NCBI GenBank assembly: GCA_030591505.1
Contig: JAUVAY010000003.1
Coordinates: forward strand, 1-43,916
From: Flavobacteriales bacterium
GTDB taxonomy: Bacteria > Bacteroidota > Bacteroidia > Flavobacteriales_D > JAHECK01
Reading direction: 5' to 3'
Length of the DNA: 43,916 bases
The notes beneath the pieces were generated by a model. It saw only the letters and a program-made list of their open reading frames with translations, was not told the origin of the DNA and searched no databases. Positions 1 through 9,520 of the stretch are shown piece after piece. How positions within the stretch are numbered: the stretch's first letter is position 1; each line of letters opens with the position of its first letter. A program made the position numbers and the translations under genes.

Positions 1-382
1 CTTCCTGAGGGAAAACTGAATTATTGATCATTTCGACCAACAGAGGTAACAGGTCTTTGGTAAATTTATTAAGCAAGTATAAACTGACCTGACTAAAATC
101 ATTTTGTACATCCGGCATATAAAAAGCTCCCTTCCCATCGATCAATTCTGCAATTTGCTGAGAATTAAAATTTACCGTTCCATCATTTAGTAAGGCATTA
201 ACGGCTCCCGGAAGAACTGGGTTTTCAGAGAATACGTTCCCTGCTTCAAACAATACATCGATCTTAATCAATGCTTGTTTTCCAGCATTAATAAAATAGA
301 CAGGCAAACCATTCGCCAATACGATCTTATCGTAAGACAAAAGATCAAGGGACTCAATTTCCTTAATTAGCGGCTGTATCAT
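1..382 (-). CDS. M16 family (pitrilysin-like) peptidase, probably the non-catalytic partner subunit; runs off the left window edge
   Basis: Manual translation from ATG at 382, which overlaps the upstream TGA (ATGA): MIQPLIKEIESLDLLSYDKIVLANGLPVYFINAGKQALIKIDVLFEAG...LLNDGTVNFNSQQIAELIDGKGA. M16 N-terminal pattern without HxxEH, tandem with the catalytic subunit. Confidence 0.8.
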   Translation of the reverse strand, partial: MIQPLIKEIESLDLLSYDKIVLANGLPVYFINAGKQALIKIDVLFEAGNVFSENPVLPGAVNALLNDGTVNFNSQQIAELIDGKGAFYMPDVQNDFSQVSLYLLNKFTKDLLPLLVEMINNSVFPQE

Positions 383-1626
383 TTTTCTTGTGTTTTGGAT
401 TCGTAATAAATAACAGATGCATTATCATCGATCAGGTAGGTAGATGCAAATTCTACAATATCGTTTACTGTAAGATTACGATAATCGCTCATCTCCTCAT
501 TTATCAAGTCTATATTACCCAGCAATTCAAAATAAGCAAGGTTAAATGCTTTATTGGAATGACTGATCTCATTAAACAAATACGTAGACTCTACTTTATT
601 GAGTAAACTATCAACCTCCGATTGAGAAAAATCACCTTCTCTAAGCTTCCGGAGCACTTTTTCAATTTCATTTTCTACTTCTTCAAAAGAAGCTTCCGGA
701 ACCATCATTCCAGATATACTAAAAAGCCCGGGATCGATACTTCCAGTCACACTTGCTCCAATCTGAGTAAATAATTTTTTCTCCTTCACTAAAACCTTAT
801 GTAGCCATGATGAAATTCCTCTTCCCAACAGGTCACTCGTTAAATCACCTACTAAATAAGCAGCCCCCATTCTTTCAGGCATATGGTATACCTTATTAAA
901 TGAATTTTGAGGAACATCCCTTTTAAGGTGCAATGTTCTTTTCTTATTCTGCTTTTCCTCTTGGACAATATTTCTTTCGTATTTCTTTCCAGAAGGGATC
1001 GCACCAAACCACTTAATTATCCACTTTTTTGTTTGTTCAATATCTATATTTCCTGCAATACTTAGAATTGCATTTGAAGGAGAGTAATGTTTCTTAAAAA
1101 AGCCTTTTACATCCTCGAGCGTAGCATCTTCAATATGCGCTACTTTTTTACCAATCGTCGGCCATAAATAGGGATGTTGACGATAGGCCAAGGGTGATAA
1201 TTCAAGCCATATATCTCCATAAGGTTTATTCAAATAGCGTTGCTTAAACTCTTCGATCACAACTTTACGTTGAACTTCAAGCGATTCAGGTGAAAACAGT
1301 AAGCCTTGCATTCGATCCGACTCAAGCATTAAGCCTGATTCCATATTGATAGCTGGTAGAGAAATATAATAATTAGTAAGGTCGTTACTTGTAAAGGCAT
1401 TATTACTAGCCCCCGCCCGTTGTGCTATATCATCATAATCGGGAATTGCCGGAGTGCCTCCGAACATTAAATGTTCAAACAAATGAGCAAAACCCGTTTT
1501 GTCGGGGTTTTCATCTCGCGCCCCTACATCATACAAGACATTGATCGTAACCATTGGAGTGCTACTATCCTGATGTAAAATGACCCGCAAGCCATTCTCC
1601 AATACATATCGTTCAAAATCTACCAT
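379..1626 (-). CDS. M16 family zinc metallopeptidase
   Basis: GFAHLFEHLMFGG (HxxEH inverzincin motif), NAFTS, LESDRM, VVIEE. Confidence 0.93.
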   Translation of the reverse strand: MVDFERYVLENGLRVILHQDSSTPMVTINVLYDVGARDENPDKTGFAHLFEHLMFGGTPAIPDYDDIAQRAGASNNAFTSNDLTNYYISLPAINMESGLMLESDRMQGLLFSPESLEVQRKVVIEEFKQRYLNKPYGDIWLELSPLAYRQHPYLWPTIGKKVAHIEDATLEDVKGFFKKHYSPSNAILSIAGNIDIEQTKKWIIKWFGAIPSGKKYERNIVQEEKQNKKRTLHLKRDVPQNSFNKVYHMPERMGAAYLVGDLTSDLLGRGISSWLHKVLVKEKKLFTQIGASVTGSIDPGLFSISGMMVPEASFEEVENEIEKVLRKLREGDFSQSEVDSLLNKVESTYLFNEISHSNKAFNLAYFELLGNIDLINEEMSDYRNLTVNDIVEFASTYLIDDNASVIYYESKTQEK

Positions 1627-1628
1627 AA

Positions 1629-2579
1629 CTATAATTCCTTAAAATTTGAAGTTGTTTTTAATGCTGAATTATACTCGTTCACGATGTTTTCAAGAATGGT
1701 TTTAGCAGGTAAAATAGAGTTGATAGCACCCGATATTTGACCTATTTCAAGCTCTCCTTCTTTCAAATCACCTTCATACATTCCCTTTTTTGCTCTTCCT
1801 CTGCCCAATAGTGATTTCAATTCATCAATCGATACATTCTTAGTATATGCTTTTTCCAAATCAGCATAGAATTCATTTTTTATCAATCTTACCGGCGCCA
1901 GTTCTTTAAGTGTAAGCACTGTATCCCCTTCCTTTACATCCACTACCTTTTCTTTAAATGCCAAATGGGCGGATGATTCGTTTGAGCATACAAAACGACT
2001 TCCAATTTGAACAGCTTCTGCACCGAGGGTCATCGCCGCTAACATCGCTTTGCCATCGGCTATTCCACCTGCAGCTATCATTGGGATATCAATTGTCTTT
2101 GCAACCTGAGGCCACAATACCAAACTGGTAGTTTCTTCTCTTCCATTATGTCCACCAGCTTCGAAGCCTTCCGCTACAATAGCATCCACTCCTGCCTCTT
2201 GTGCTTTTAGGGCAAATTTCACGCTTGATACTACATGGACGACAATAATTCCATTATCCTGTAATAATTTCGTCCATGCTTTTGGATTTCCTGCAGATGA
2301 AAATACAATAGGTACTTTTTCTTTAATTATCGTTTTCACATGCTCCTCTACGTTAGGATAAAGAAGAGGAATATTAACCGCGAAAGGTTTATTCGTATTC
2401 TTCTTTACTTTTTGAATCTGTTCTTCCAGTACTTCCGGATACATAGAGCCGGATCCTAAAATCCCAAGTCCACCAGCATTACTTACCGCACTGGCTAATT
2501 CCCATCCTGAACACCAAATCATCCCTGCCTGGATGATCGGATACTCTATATTGAATAGCTTTGTTATTCTATTTTTCAT
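1629..2579 (-). CDS. Nitronate monooxygenase / FabK-like FMN-dependent oxidoreductase
   Basis: YPIIQAGM, AEGFEAGGH, IAAGGIADG, GELEIGQ. Start moved to the ATG of MKNRITK at 2579. Confidence 0.88.
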   Translation of the reverse strand: MKNRITKLFNIEYPIIQAGMIWCSGWELASAVSNAGGLGILGSGSMYPEVLEEQIQKVKKNTNKPFAVNIPLLYPNVEEHVKTIIKEKVPIVFSSAGNPKAWTKLLQDNGIIVVHVVSSVKFALKAQEAGVDAIVAEGFEAGGHNGREETTSLVLWPQVAKTIDIPMIAAGGIADGKAMLAAMTLGAEAVQIGSRFVCSNESSAHLAFKEKVVDVKEGDTVLTLKELAPVRLIKNEFYADLEKAYTKNVSIDELKSLLGRGRAKKGMYEGDLKEGELEIGQISGAINSILPAKTILENIVNEYNSALKTTSNFKEL

Positions 2580-2746
2580 ATAAAATTTAAGATCGATTAA
2601 TAGCTGACTGATCAAGTCAATTATTTAATAAATTAAATTGAAATAATTATCCAACTCAATTTTACAAAAATACGTTATTGAATGCTACAAGGAAGTATTT
2701 AATGAGGATATGTAAGCCTTATTTCATTACGTGTTTTTAACTCCAA

Positions 2747-4045
2747 TCAACTTAGCATTTCCACTCGCCAAAACACTTTCGTTTCATTATCAATTTTCAC
2801 TTTCTCACTGAGTACAAGTCCGGGGATCCAAACAACCTCACCCTCAGATTCCAGAAGAAAAACATTCTTTTTACTCGCCCGATCGACCTTTTTATCTATT
2901 AAAATATCACTCACCTTTTTATTTCCTTTCATACCAAGAGGCTGAATACGATCACCTTCCTTCCATTTTCTTAATATAATAGGAAATAGGAGCTTCTCTT
3001 TATCGAAGGTTTCAACATTTTTCTTCCCTTCTATCTTCCCTTCCTTTTGGGTTGAGAACTTAAGCATCATCGGATCAATTATGGCGCTTGTATTTTCATG
3101 AATTTCAATCTTCTCATCCTTTACAAAATCCTTAGCAACGATAATGACCTTCTGTCGATCAATAAACAATTCGTGTGATTTTGAAATAAAAACCTTTCCT
3201 ACCTCCTCTATTGAATAAAGAATGTTTTGAACCTGATCTCTATTGAAATTAAACTCCTTTATGAGATCAAACAAATAAATTCCTAATCGCTTTTTTGAAA
3301 TTGTTTCTATAATTATTTGTCCTTTTTGGATACTATAAAAAGCGTCTTTAAAATCTTCCAACGAATCAATGAAAGATGAATTTACATAGCTAATATTCTC
3401 GACCATACGTTCCAGCGCTTGGTTCAATGCTGGATTTTCCTTTTTAAGTAAAGGGATGATCTCATTTCGAAATCTATTGCGTTTATACTTATCCGAAGTA
3501 TTACTCGAATCCTCTCTCCAATCTACATTCTTGCTTTTCAAATACTTCTCAATCTCTTCTCGCTCAGCAAAAAGTAATGGTCGTATAATATTCCCTTTTA
3601 CTTTTTCCAAACCCATTAAGCCTTTTAACCCTGTCCCTCGCGTAATATTCATCAGGATCGTTTCCGTATTATCATCCTTATGATGAGCTGTCAATATCCA
3701 TGAATAATTATTTTCTTTTAATAATTCATCGAAATAAGCATAACGTATATCCCTTGCTTCTGCCTGAATATTCATCCCTTTTTCCCAATAATCACTTAAT
3801 ACTTCTTTTAGGTAAAATTTGACTTCATTCGCTTTGCAAATTGAAGAAACAAAAGCAGCATCTGCAATTGATTCCTCTCCACGCAAAGAATAATTAACAT
3901 GGGCAACCGAAAAAGAAAAGCCTTCCTCTTTTAAAAGGTAAAAAAGTGCAATAGAATCGGCGCCACCGGAAAGTGCCAAAAGAAGAGAGTCCTCTTTACT
4001 AAAAAGCTTGTTTGATTCAATAAAATCCTTGAAACGGTCGATCAT
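2747..4045 (-). CDS. tilS: tRNA(Ile)-lysidine synthetase
   Basis: PP-loop ALSGGADS, ARDIRY, TAHHKDDNTET, DSSN..KYKRNRFR, and C-terminal TilS domain (GDRIQPLGMKGNKKVSDILID). Confidence 0.96.
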   Translation of the reverse strand: MIDRFKDFIESNKLFSKEDSLLLALSGGADSIALFYLLKEEGFSFSVAHVNYSLRGEESIADAAFVSSICKANEVKFYLKEVLSDYWEKGMNIQAEARDIRYAYFDELLKENNYSWILTAHHKDDNTETILMNITRGTGLKGLMGLEKVKGNIIRPLLFAEREEIEKYLKSKNVDWREDSSNTSDKYKRNRFRNEIIPLLKKENPALNQALERMVENISYVNSSFIDSLEDFKDAFYSIQKGQIIIETISKKRLGIYLFDLIKEFNFNRDQVQNILYSIEEVGKVFISKSHELFIDRQKVIIVAKDFVKDEKIEIHENTSAIIDPMMLKFSTQKEGKIEGKKNVETFDKEKLLFPIILRKWKEGDRIQPLGMKGNKKVSDILIDKKVDRASKKNVFLLESEGEVVWIPGLVLSEKVKIDNETKVFWRVEMLS

Positions 4046-4054
4046 AAAGCAAAG

Positions 4055-5326
4055 TTAACTATTCTGAAGTGCATTTTTCATTGCTTTTGCTTTAAGAATA
4101 CACTCACGGTATTCATCGGGTCCGTTAGCAAGGGAAGTAAGTGCCCCACCAACAGGAAAACTGACTACTCCTTTCTTCTCATTATAAAGAATAGAACGGA
4201 TCACTACATTAAAATCAAAATCACCAGAGGGAGTGAAATAGCCAAAAGCACCCGAATAAACTCCTCTTCCGAAATTTTCATTTTCCTCTATAAGCTGCAT
4301 CGCACGTATTTTTGGAGCACCGGTCATCGAACCCATTGGAAAAGTAGCCTTAATAACATCAACGGGGTGGATATCTTTTTTTGACTGACAAGAGATACTA
4401 GAAATCAACTGATGAACCGTTTTGAAAGAATAAACACCAAATAGTTCATCAACTTTCACGCTAGCTTTTGTTGCGATTTTTGAAAGATCATTTCTCACAA
4501 GATCAACGATCATTACATTTTCTGCCTGTTCTTTAGGATCGTTTCGTAACTTCTCTTTTAATAATTCATCTTCCGCTTCATTTTCACCACGTTTTATCGT
4601 TCCTTTTATCGGTTGAGACAAGATCGAATTTCCTTCTTTCTTCAGGTATCTTTCCGGACTGCCACAAAGGAGATAGTTTTCATTATCATTAAAATAAACG
4701 GAGAAAGGAGCATCCGTCATATTATTTAATCGATAATAAGTACTCAAAGGGTCTATATTGATCCGATCAGTTTTAAATTCCAAACAGTAATTTATCTCAT
4801 AAATATCACCTCGTTGAATATTTTTTCCGAGTCGTTCAAAATGGACGAGATAATCATCCTCTTCGTATCCATGAATCACTTTTTCTACCAAGCTTTTTTC
4901 TCCTGGCATAAACACCTCCATTGCATTTTGCAACATCTTATTAAGTTTTTCTTCCGAAAACCCATTAATAGCATGAACGATCGTAGAGTTAGGATGAACT
5001 TCTATCAATAATTCGGGGACAATAAAATGCAAAGCCGCAAACCCAAGTTCGTTCGGGTTCTTACTTTCTAGTTTTTCAGTATCATTTTTTAGGTCATAAG
5101 ATAAATAACCAGTCATCCAGTCATTCTCTTCCGACTGAAAAGCTTTTAGTTTAGCGAATGCATCATCTGATTCGATTAGCTTTAGTTCACTCACCTTGCC
5201 CCACGAAAGTAAATTAACCTTTGTTTTATCATTACTATTAAAAAATGCCACACTTCCATTATTTTTCTCAATAAAGCGTAGGGGGTCGATAGCAAAGGGA
5301 TAAGATATTTTACTTCGAGTATTCAT
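4055..5326 (-). CDS. pabB: Aminodeoxychorismate synthase component I (chorismate-binding family)
   Basis: GSPERYL, PIKGT, KEQAENVMIVDLVRNDL, TFPMGSMTGAPKIRAM. Confidence 0.88.
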   Translation of the reverse strand: MNTRSKISYPFAIDPLRFIEKNNGSVAFFNSNDKTKVNLLSWGKVSELKLIESDDAFAKLKAFQSEENDWMTGYLSYDLKNDTEKLESKNPNELGFAALHFIVPELLIEVHPNSTIVHAINGFSEEKLNKMLQNAMEVFMPGEKSLVEKVIHGYEEDDYLVHFERLGKNIQRGDIYEINYCLEFKTDRINIDPLSTYYRLNNMTDAPFSVYFNDNENYLLCGSPERYLKKEGNSILSQPIKGTIKRGENEAEDELLKEKLRNDPKEQAENVMIVDLVRNDLSKIATKASVKVDELFGVYSFKTVHQLISSISCQSKKDIHPVDVIKATFPMGSMTGAPKIRAMQLIEENENFGRGVYSGAFGYFTPSGDFDFNVVIRSILYNEKKGVVSFPVGGALTSLANGPDEYRECILKAKAMKNALQNS

Positions 5327-5339
5327 TTGATAAAAGCTA

Positions 5340-7016
5340 TCATTTAGAGATCAACGATTCCTTCTTATTTTTAATACTTATTACAAAGGTATAGATCAAT
5401 AGTAAGACACTTAAAAAAGCAGCAAGTCTTCCAATATAATCACCATGCTTTACATAAAAGGTAATTACCTTATTAGGGTATACCGTTTCTACCATGCTGT
5501 CTTGTACCCACCAATCAGATTCTTGTACAACTTCTCCTCTGGGATTTATAAAACAGGATATTCCTGTATTGGCACTTCGGGCTACCCATTTTCGCGTTTC
5601 GATAGCTCTCAGTTTTGCATAGCTAACATGTTGTTTATATCCTGGCGAATCACCCCACCAACCATCATTGGTTATAATTCCCAGGACCTGTGCTCCATTA
5701 TTTATAAATTCAGCACTCACTTCTCCATAAATAGATTCGTAGCAGATCGCCGGGGAAATCCCGATTGAATCTGATGAAGAAAAGAACGGAACCTGATCTT
5801 CTTGCGTACCCAAGGTTCCTGTTGTTCCTCCCATATCTATTGCAAGATCGGCAAATGGTTTTAACAATGATTGAAATGGCATGAACTCTACTGCCGGAAC
5901 TAATTCCGATTTATGATAAAACTGGACTGGCATATCCTTTTCAATGACCAAGGCTGCGTTATAGGATTGGTAATAGACATCCAGACTCTCAATATAACGT
6001 GATGCGTTGACTAATTCTTCATCTTTACTTTGCAATCTATCAGAGGATAAACCAAAAATAAGCGTCAAGTTTGGATAATCATTCAAAAATGTTCTGATCA
6101 ATCGAAGCGAATTAGATTGTTCAATATCATTTTCCCATAGACCAATTAATACAATGGAATCTCTAGTTTGACGGAGTGTGGTTCTTTCTTGTAAAGCTGT
6201 TTCTGGAAAAAGAATAAAGCGTGTTTCCTCTGAAATTTTTGATTTAGCCAACTCCAACATATTCATTAACTGAACGTCAGAGGTAGAATAGTTAAACTTT
6301 TCAGAATAGGGATCAACATTAGGTTGAGTAACAATAATCTCAACACCTTTTCCAGGTGTAGGTGATGTTACAAGATCGGTTTTTCCAAATAGGTAAGAAA
6401 CTATAAGTAGCGATCCGACTGCAATAACATTCATAACAGCTCCTCGTTTATTCCCTTTGATATAATTTTTATAGGAAAAAAACAGAATCAAATTGATCAG
6501 CAGAATAAGTAAAGAGCCTCCAAAGATACCTGTATACTCATACCACTGAATCCACTCTATATGAATAGAAAAAACATTTCCTAGGGTTAGCCAGGGCCAT
6601 GAGAGTTCCCAATTTAAATGCAAATACTCCCAAGCCAGCCAATATAATACTAAGCTAATATAGCCTTCCTTATTCCCTACTCGCGTTCGTGTAATATGAA
6701 AAAGGGAGAAGGCAATCGTCATAAAAGCTGCATTAAGGGTTATGGCCATCCCTGCTGAAAATAATTTTGTTCCTAAACTCTCCTGAACATTATAGATCCA
6801 AAATGTAGTTATGATATTAAAGATTAATAATGCTGGATAAACTCGCTTGAATGCAGCCCAAAACGACCTCTTCCCTTCATTATAAAGATCATCTTCAATA
6901 ATTAATAAAGGCACAAAGCCAATAAAGACAAAGGTGGTTACCGATCCCATATATGGCCAGGAAACTCCGAGTAGAAGTCCTGACAACAGTGTTAAGCCCC
7001 ATGTTTTTAAATTCAT
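5340..7016 (-). CDS. lnt: Apolipoprotein N-acyltransferase
   Basis: N-terminal TM helices, WPWLTLG, nitrilase triad context (FPETAL, YHKSELVP, ICYES), ITNDGWWG, RAIETR, RSANTGIS. The ATG at 7016 is preferred over the TTG at 7028. Confidence 0.93.
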   Translation of the reverse strand: MNLKTWGLTLLSGLLLGVSWPYMGSVTTFVFIGFVPLLIIEDDLYNEGKRSFWAAFKRVYPALLIFNIITTFWIYNVQESLGTKLFSAGMAITLNAAFMTIAFSLFHITRTRVGNKEGYISLVLYWLAWEYLHLNWELSWPWLTLGNVFSIHIEWIQWYEYTGIFGGSLLILLINLILFFSYKNYIKGNKRGAVMNVIAVGSLLIVSYLFGKTDLVTSPTPGKGVEIIVTQPNVDPYSEKFNYSTSDVQLMNMLELAKSKISEETRFILFPETALQERTTLRQTRDSIVLIGLWENDIEQSNSLRLIRTFLNDYPNLTLIFGLSSDRLQSKDEELVNASRYIESLDVYYQSYNAALVIEKDMPVQFYHKSELVPAVEFMPFQSLLKPFADLAIDMGGTTGTLGTQEDQVPFFSSSDSIGISPAICYESIYGEVSAEFINNGAQVLGIITNDGWWGDSPGYKQHVSYAKLRAIETRKWVARSANTGISCFINPRGEVVQESDWWVQDSMVETVYPNKVITFYVKHGDYIGRLAAFLSVLLLIYTFVISIKNKKESLISK

Positions 7017-7122
7017 TTCATCCAGCAAATTAGAGGCGAATATAGGAAAAGCAAAGAATTATACGATGTAAAAGTCATTCATCACGCTATATAACCGTTT
7101 ATCCCTTTTTTTCAATATTTTT

Positions 7123-7165
7123 AGTACTTTGTATTGCATAATACTATTCTTTATACATATCTTTG
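7123..7165 (+). promoter_or_regulatory. Bacteroidota sigma-70-type promoter of padR-pspC with an overlapping imperfect inverted repeat (candidate PadR operator)
   Basis: TATCTTTG (7158-7165) matches TAnnTTTG, with TTG at 7134-7136. Inverted repeat AGTACTTTG-N5-CATAATACT at 7123-7145. Confidence 0.55.
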
Positions 7166-7204
7166 TTAAGAATATTACTATATGAATATTGAAACCCGTG
7201 AAAT

Positions 7205-7543
7205 ATGAAAATTGAAAACACGAAAGCACAAATGAGAAAAGGGGTTTTAGAATTCTGTATTTTATCTGTATTAAGTGATCATGAATCTTACCCTTCTGAC
7301 ATACTTAAACATTTAAAAGAAGGAAAACTGATCGTTGTGGAAGGAACATTGTACCCTCTTTTAACTCGTCTGAAAAATGCTGGTTTACTGGCTTACAGAT
7401 GGGAAGAATCGAAATCGGGCCCACCCCGAAAATACTATCGCCTAACAGAATTAGGTAGTCAATTTTTAGAAGAACTTAACAAGACCTGGAATGAACTTGT
7501 GCAGGCAGTAAAAATAACAACAAAGAAAACCAAAACATCATGA
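7205..7543 (+). CDS. PadR family transcriptional regulator
   Basis: QMRKGVLEFCIL, EGTLYPLLTRL, GPPRKYY. Confidence 0.95.
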   Translation: MKIENTKAQMRKGVLEFCILSVLSDHESYPSDILKHLKEGKLIVVEGTLYPLLTRLKNAGLLAYRWEESKSGPPRKYYRLTELGSQFLEELNKTWNELVQAVKITTKKTKTS

Positions 7544-9159
7544 ATAAAACGGTATCAGTAAATATTAGCGGTTTTATATTCAACATTGAAGAAACTGCTT
7601 TTGAGAAACTCAATCGTTATTTAAATACGATTAGAGGATATTTCAGTGAATCGACTGGATCTGAAGAGATCATCGAAGACATTGAAGCACGAATTGCTGA
7701 ATTATTTCAGGAAAAGATAGGTGAGAATTACCAGGTTATAAAACTAAAGGATGTTAACGAAGTGATCGAAATCATGGGGCAACCTGAAGAATATATCGAT
7801 GGTGATGTAGATGATGAACCTAAAATAGGTAGACAAAGCAGCACTTACAGTCAAGCAGAACCTCGTAATAAGTATAGAAAGATCTATCGTGATCCGGACG
7901 ACAAGGTATTAGGTGGAGTTTGTTCGGGTGTTGGTTATTACTTTGGTATTGACCCAATATGGATCAGACTGCTATTCATCGTACTTCTTATCGGATTTGG
8001 AACAGGTATTTTATTATATATCATTCTTTGGATCATTATCCCCCAAGCAAATACGGCTTCTGAAAAATTGGAAATGAAAGGAAATCCTGTTACTGCAGAA
8101 AATATAGGTAAACAAGTAGAGGAAGAGATCGATAATTTAAAAAAAAAGTTCAAAAACTATAAAGAAGGTGTTCCGCAAAAGGAAAGACCAATAGCAAAAG
8201 GAGTACATAGTTTTTTTGACTTTTTAGGAAGATTATTCCGACTACTTTTTAATAGTCTTGGTAAAGTAATAGGCTTTCTATTTATTCTGATCGGATTAAC
8301 AGTATTAGTTTCTTTGGTGTTCTCACTTGGAACAGGCGGTGAATTTCTTGGTCACTATTCGACTATTGATGGAATGAATATCACCTATATGGAACTGATG
8401 GATATTTTCCCTCAGCACGCTATAAACGATGGTTGGACACATGTTCTTTTATTATTGATAGTTGGCCTTCCTTTCTTAGCACTTACCATACTAGGGTTTA
8501 ATATGCTTACCAACTTCACCTATAAAATTCGAGGTTTTGGATTAGCATTATTCCTTATCTGGTTTATCGCAGCAATTGCTGGTGTATTCCAAGTTGGTTA
8601 TATCGCAAAGGATTATATACAGGAATATAAAGAAAAGGACGTCTATAAACTTGAGCAGGTAACGGGTGATACTCTTACTATTGAAGTTTCAGAAGATGAC
8701 ATCTATTATATTGATAGAGCACGACGTCATCATGATGACCTTGACTTCATAAAAGTTATTGATGATAGAATATACCTAGGCAATCCCGAGTTGGATATTG
8801 AAAAAAGCAATACAGATCAATTTCAATTGGTTATCTATAAAGAAAGCAGAGGGAGAAACCGAAAAATTGCCCATGATAATATCAGCGAAATCAAGTACGA
8901 TTATATGGCAATAGGAAACCTCATCAGCTTTTCACCTTATTTTTCAATAGCGAAAGAAAATGGTTATCACTTTGAACAGGTCAAGATCAGATTGCTCGTA
9001 CCAGAAGGAAAAGCTATTTTCCTTAAAGACGGAAGTGAACGCATTATTTATGATATTGAAAATGTGACCAATACCTGGGACCCTAATATGGTTGACAAAG
9101 TATGGACAATGACTGAAGAAGGATTAGAATGTATTGATTGTGATGTAGATGATCTATAA
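7540..9159 (+). CDS. PspC-domain membrane protein (envelope-stress type), translationally coupled to padR
   Basis: PspC motif YRDPDDKVLGGVCSGVGYYFGIDP...YIILWIIIP, several further TM helices and a beta-rich C-terminal domain; ATGA overlap with padR. Confidence 0.9.
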   Translation: MNKTVSVNISGFIFNIEETAFEKLNRYLNTIRGYFSESTGSEEIIEDIEARIAELFQEKIGENYQVIKLKDVNEVIEIMGQPEEYIDGDVDDEPKIGRQSSTYSQAEPRNKYRKIYRDPDDKVLGGVCSGVGYYFGIDPIWIRLLFIVLLIGFGTGILLYIILWIIIPQANTASEKLEMKGNPVTAENIGKQVEEEIDNLKKKFKNYKEGVPQKERPIAKGVHSFFDFLGRLFRLLFNSLGKVIGFLFILIGLTVLVSLVFSLGTGGEFLGHYSTIDGMNITYMELMDIFPQHAINDGWTHVLLLLIVGLPFLALTILGFNMLTNFTYKIRGFGLALFLIWFIAAIAGVFQVGYIAKDYIQEYKEKDVYKLEQVTGDTLTIEVSEDDIYYIDRARRHHDDLDFIKVIDDRIYLGNPELDIEKSNTDQFQLVIYKESRGRNRKIAHDNISEIKYDYMAIGNLISFSPYFSIAKENGYHFEQVKIRLLVPEGKAIFLKDGSERIIYDIENVTNTWDPNMVDKVWTMTEEGLECIDCDVDDL

Positions 9160-9226
9160 GGCACTAAATTAAAACAAACCTTAAAACCTTTTCATAGCAC
9201 ATTTGGATTCCCAAATGGAACGTAAC

Positions 9227-9265
9227 AACAAAGAAAGACTGCCAAAAGGCAGTCTTTCTTTGTTT
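9227..9265. terminator. Intrinsic terminator after pspC
   Basis: Perfect inverted repeat AACAAAGAAAGACTGCC-AAAA-GGCAGTCTTTCTTTGTT. Confidence 0.8.
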
Positions 9266-9338
9266 GAAATAACTTTCGTGACCAAATCCTTTTATTAATC
9301 CATTAAAAAAACAGAATTTCGTAGTCGAAACTAAATCA

Positions 9339-9509
9339 ATGTTTAATCAATTACCTGAATACGAAGAAGGGGATTTCTATATCAATGAAGACGGCTATAA
9401 AGTCTTTACCGAAAAATTTCTTCTAAAACGCGGCTATTGCTGTCAGAATGGTTGTAAACATTGTCCTTACGGTTTCGATAAAAAGGCTGGAAGAATAAAA
9501 AAACAATAA
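9339..9509 (+). CDS. Small Cys-rich protein (DUF5522-like), missing from the supplied ORF track
   Basis: 56 aa MFNQLPEYEEGDFYINEDGYKVFTEKFLLKRGYCCQNGCKHCPYGFDKKAGRIKKQ with an RGYCCxxGCxHCPY motif; ends 11 nt before hutU. Confidence 0.8.
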   Translation: MFNQLPEYEEGDFYINEDGYKVFTEKFLLKRGYCCQNGCKHCPYGFDKKAGRIKKQ

Positions 9510-9520
9510 ATCGATCGAGC

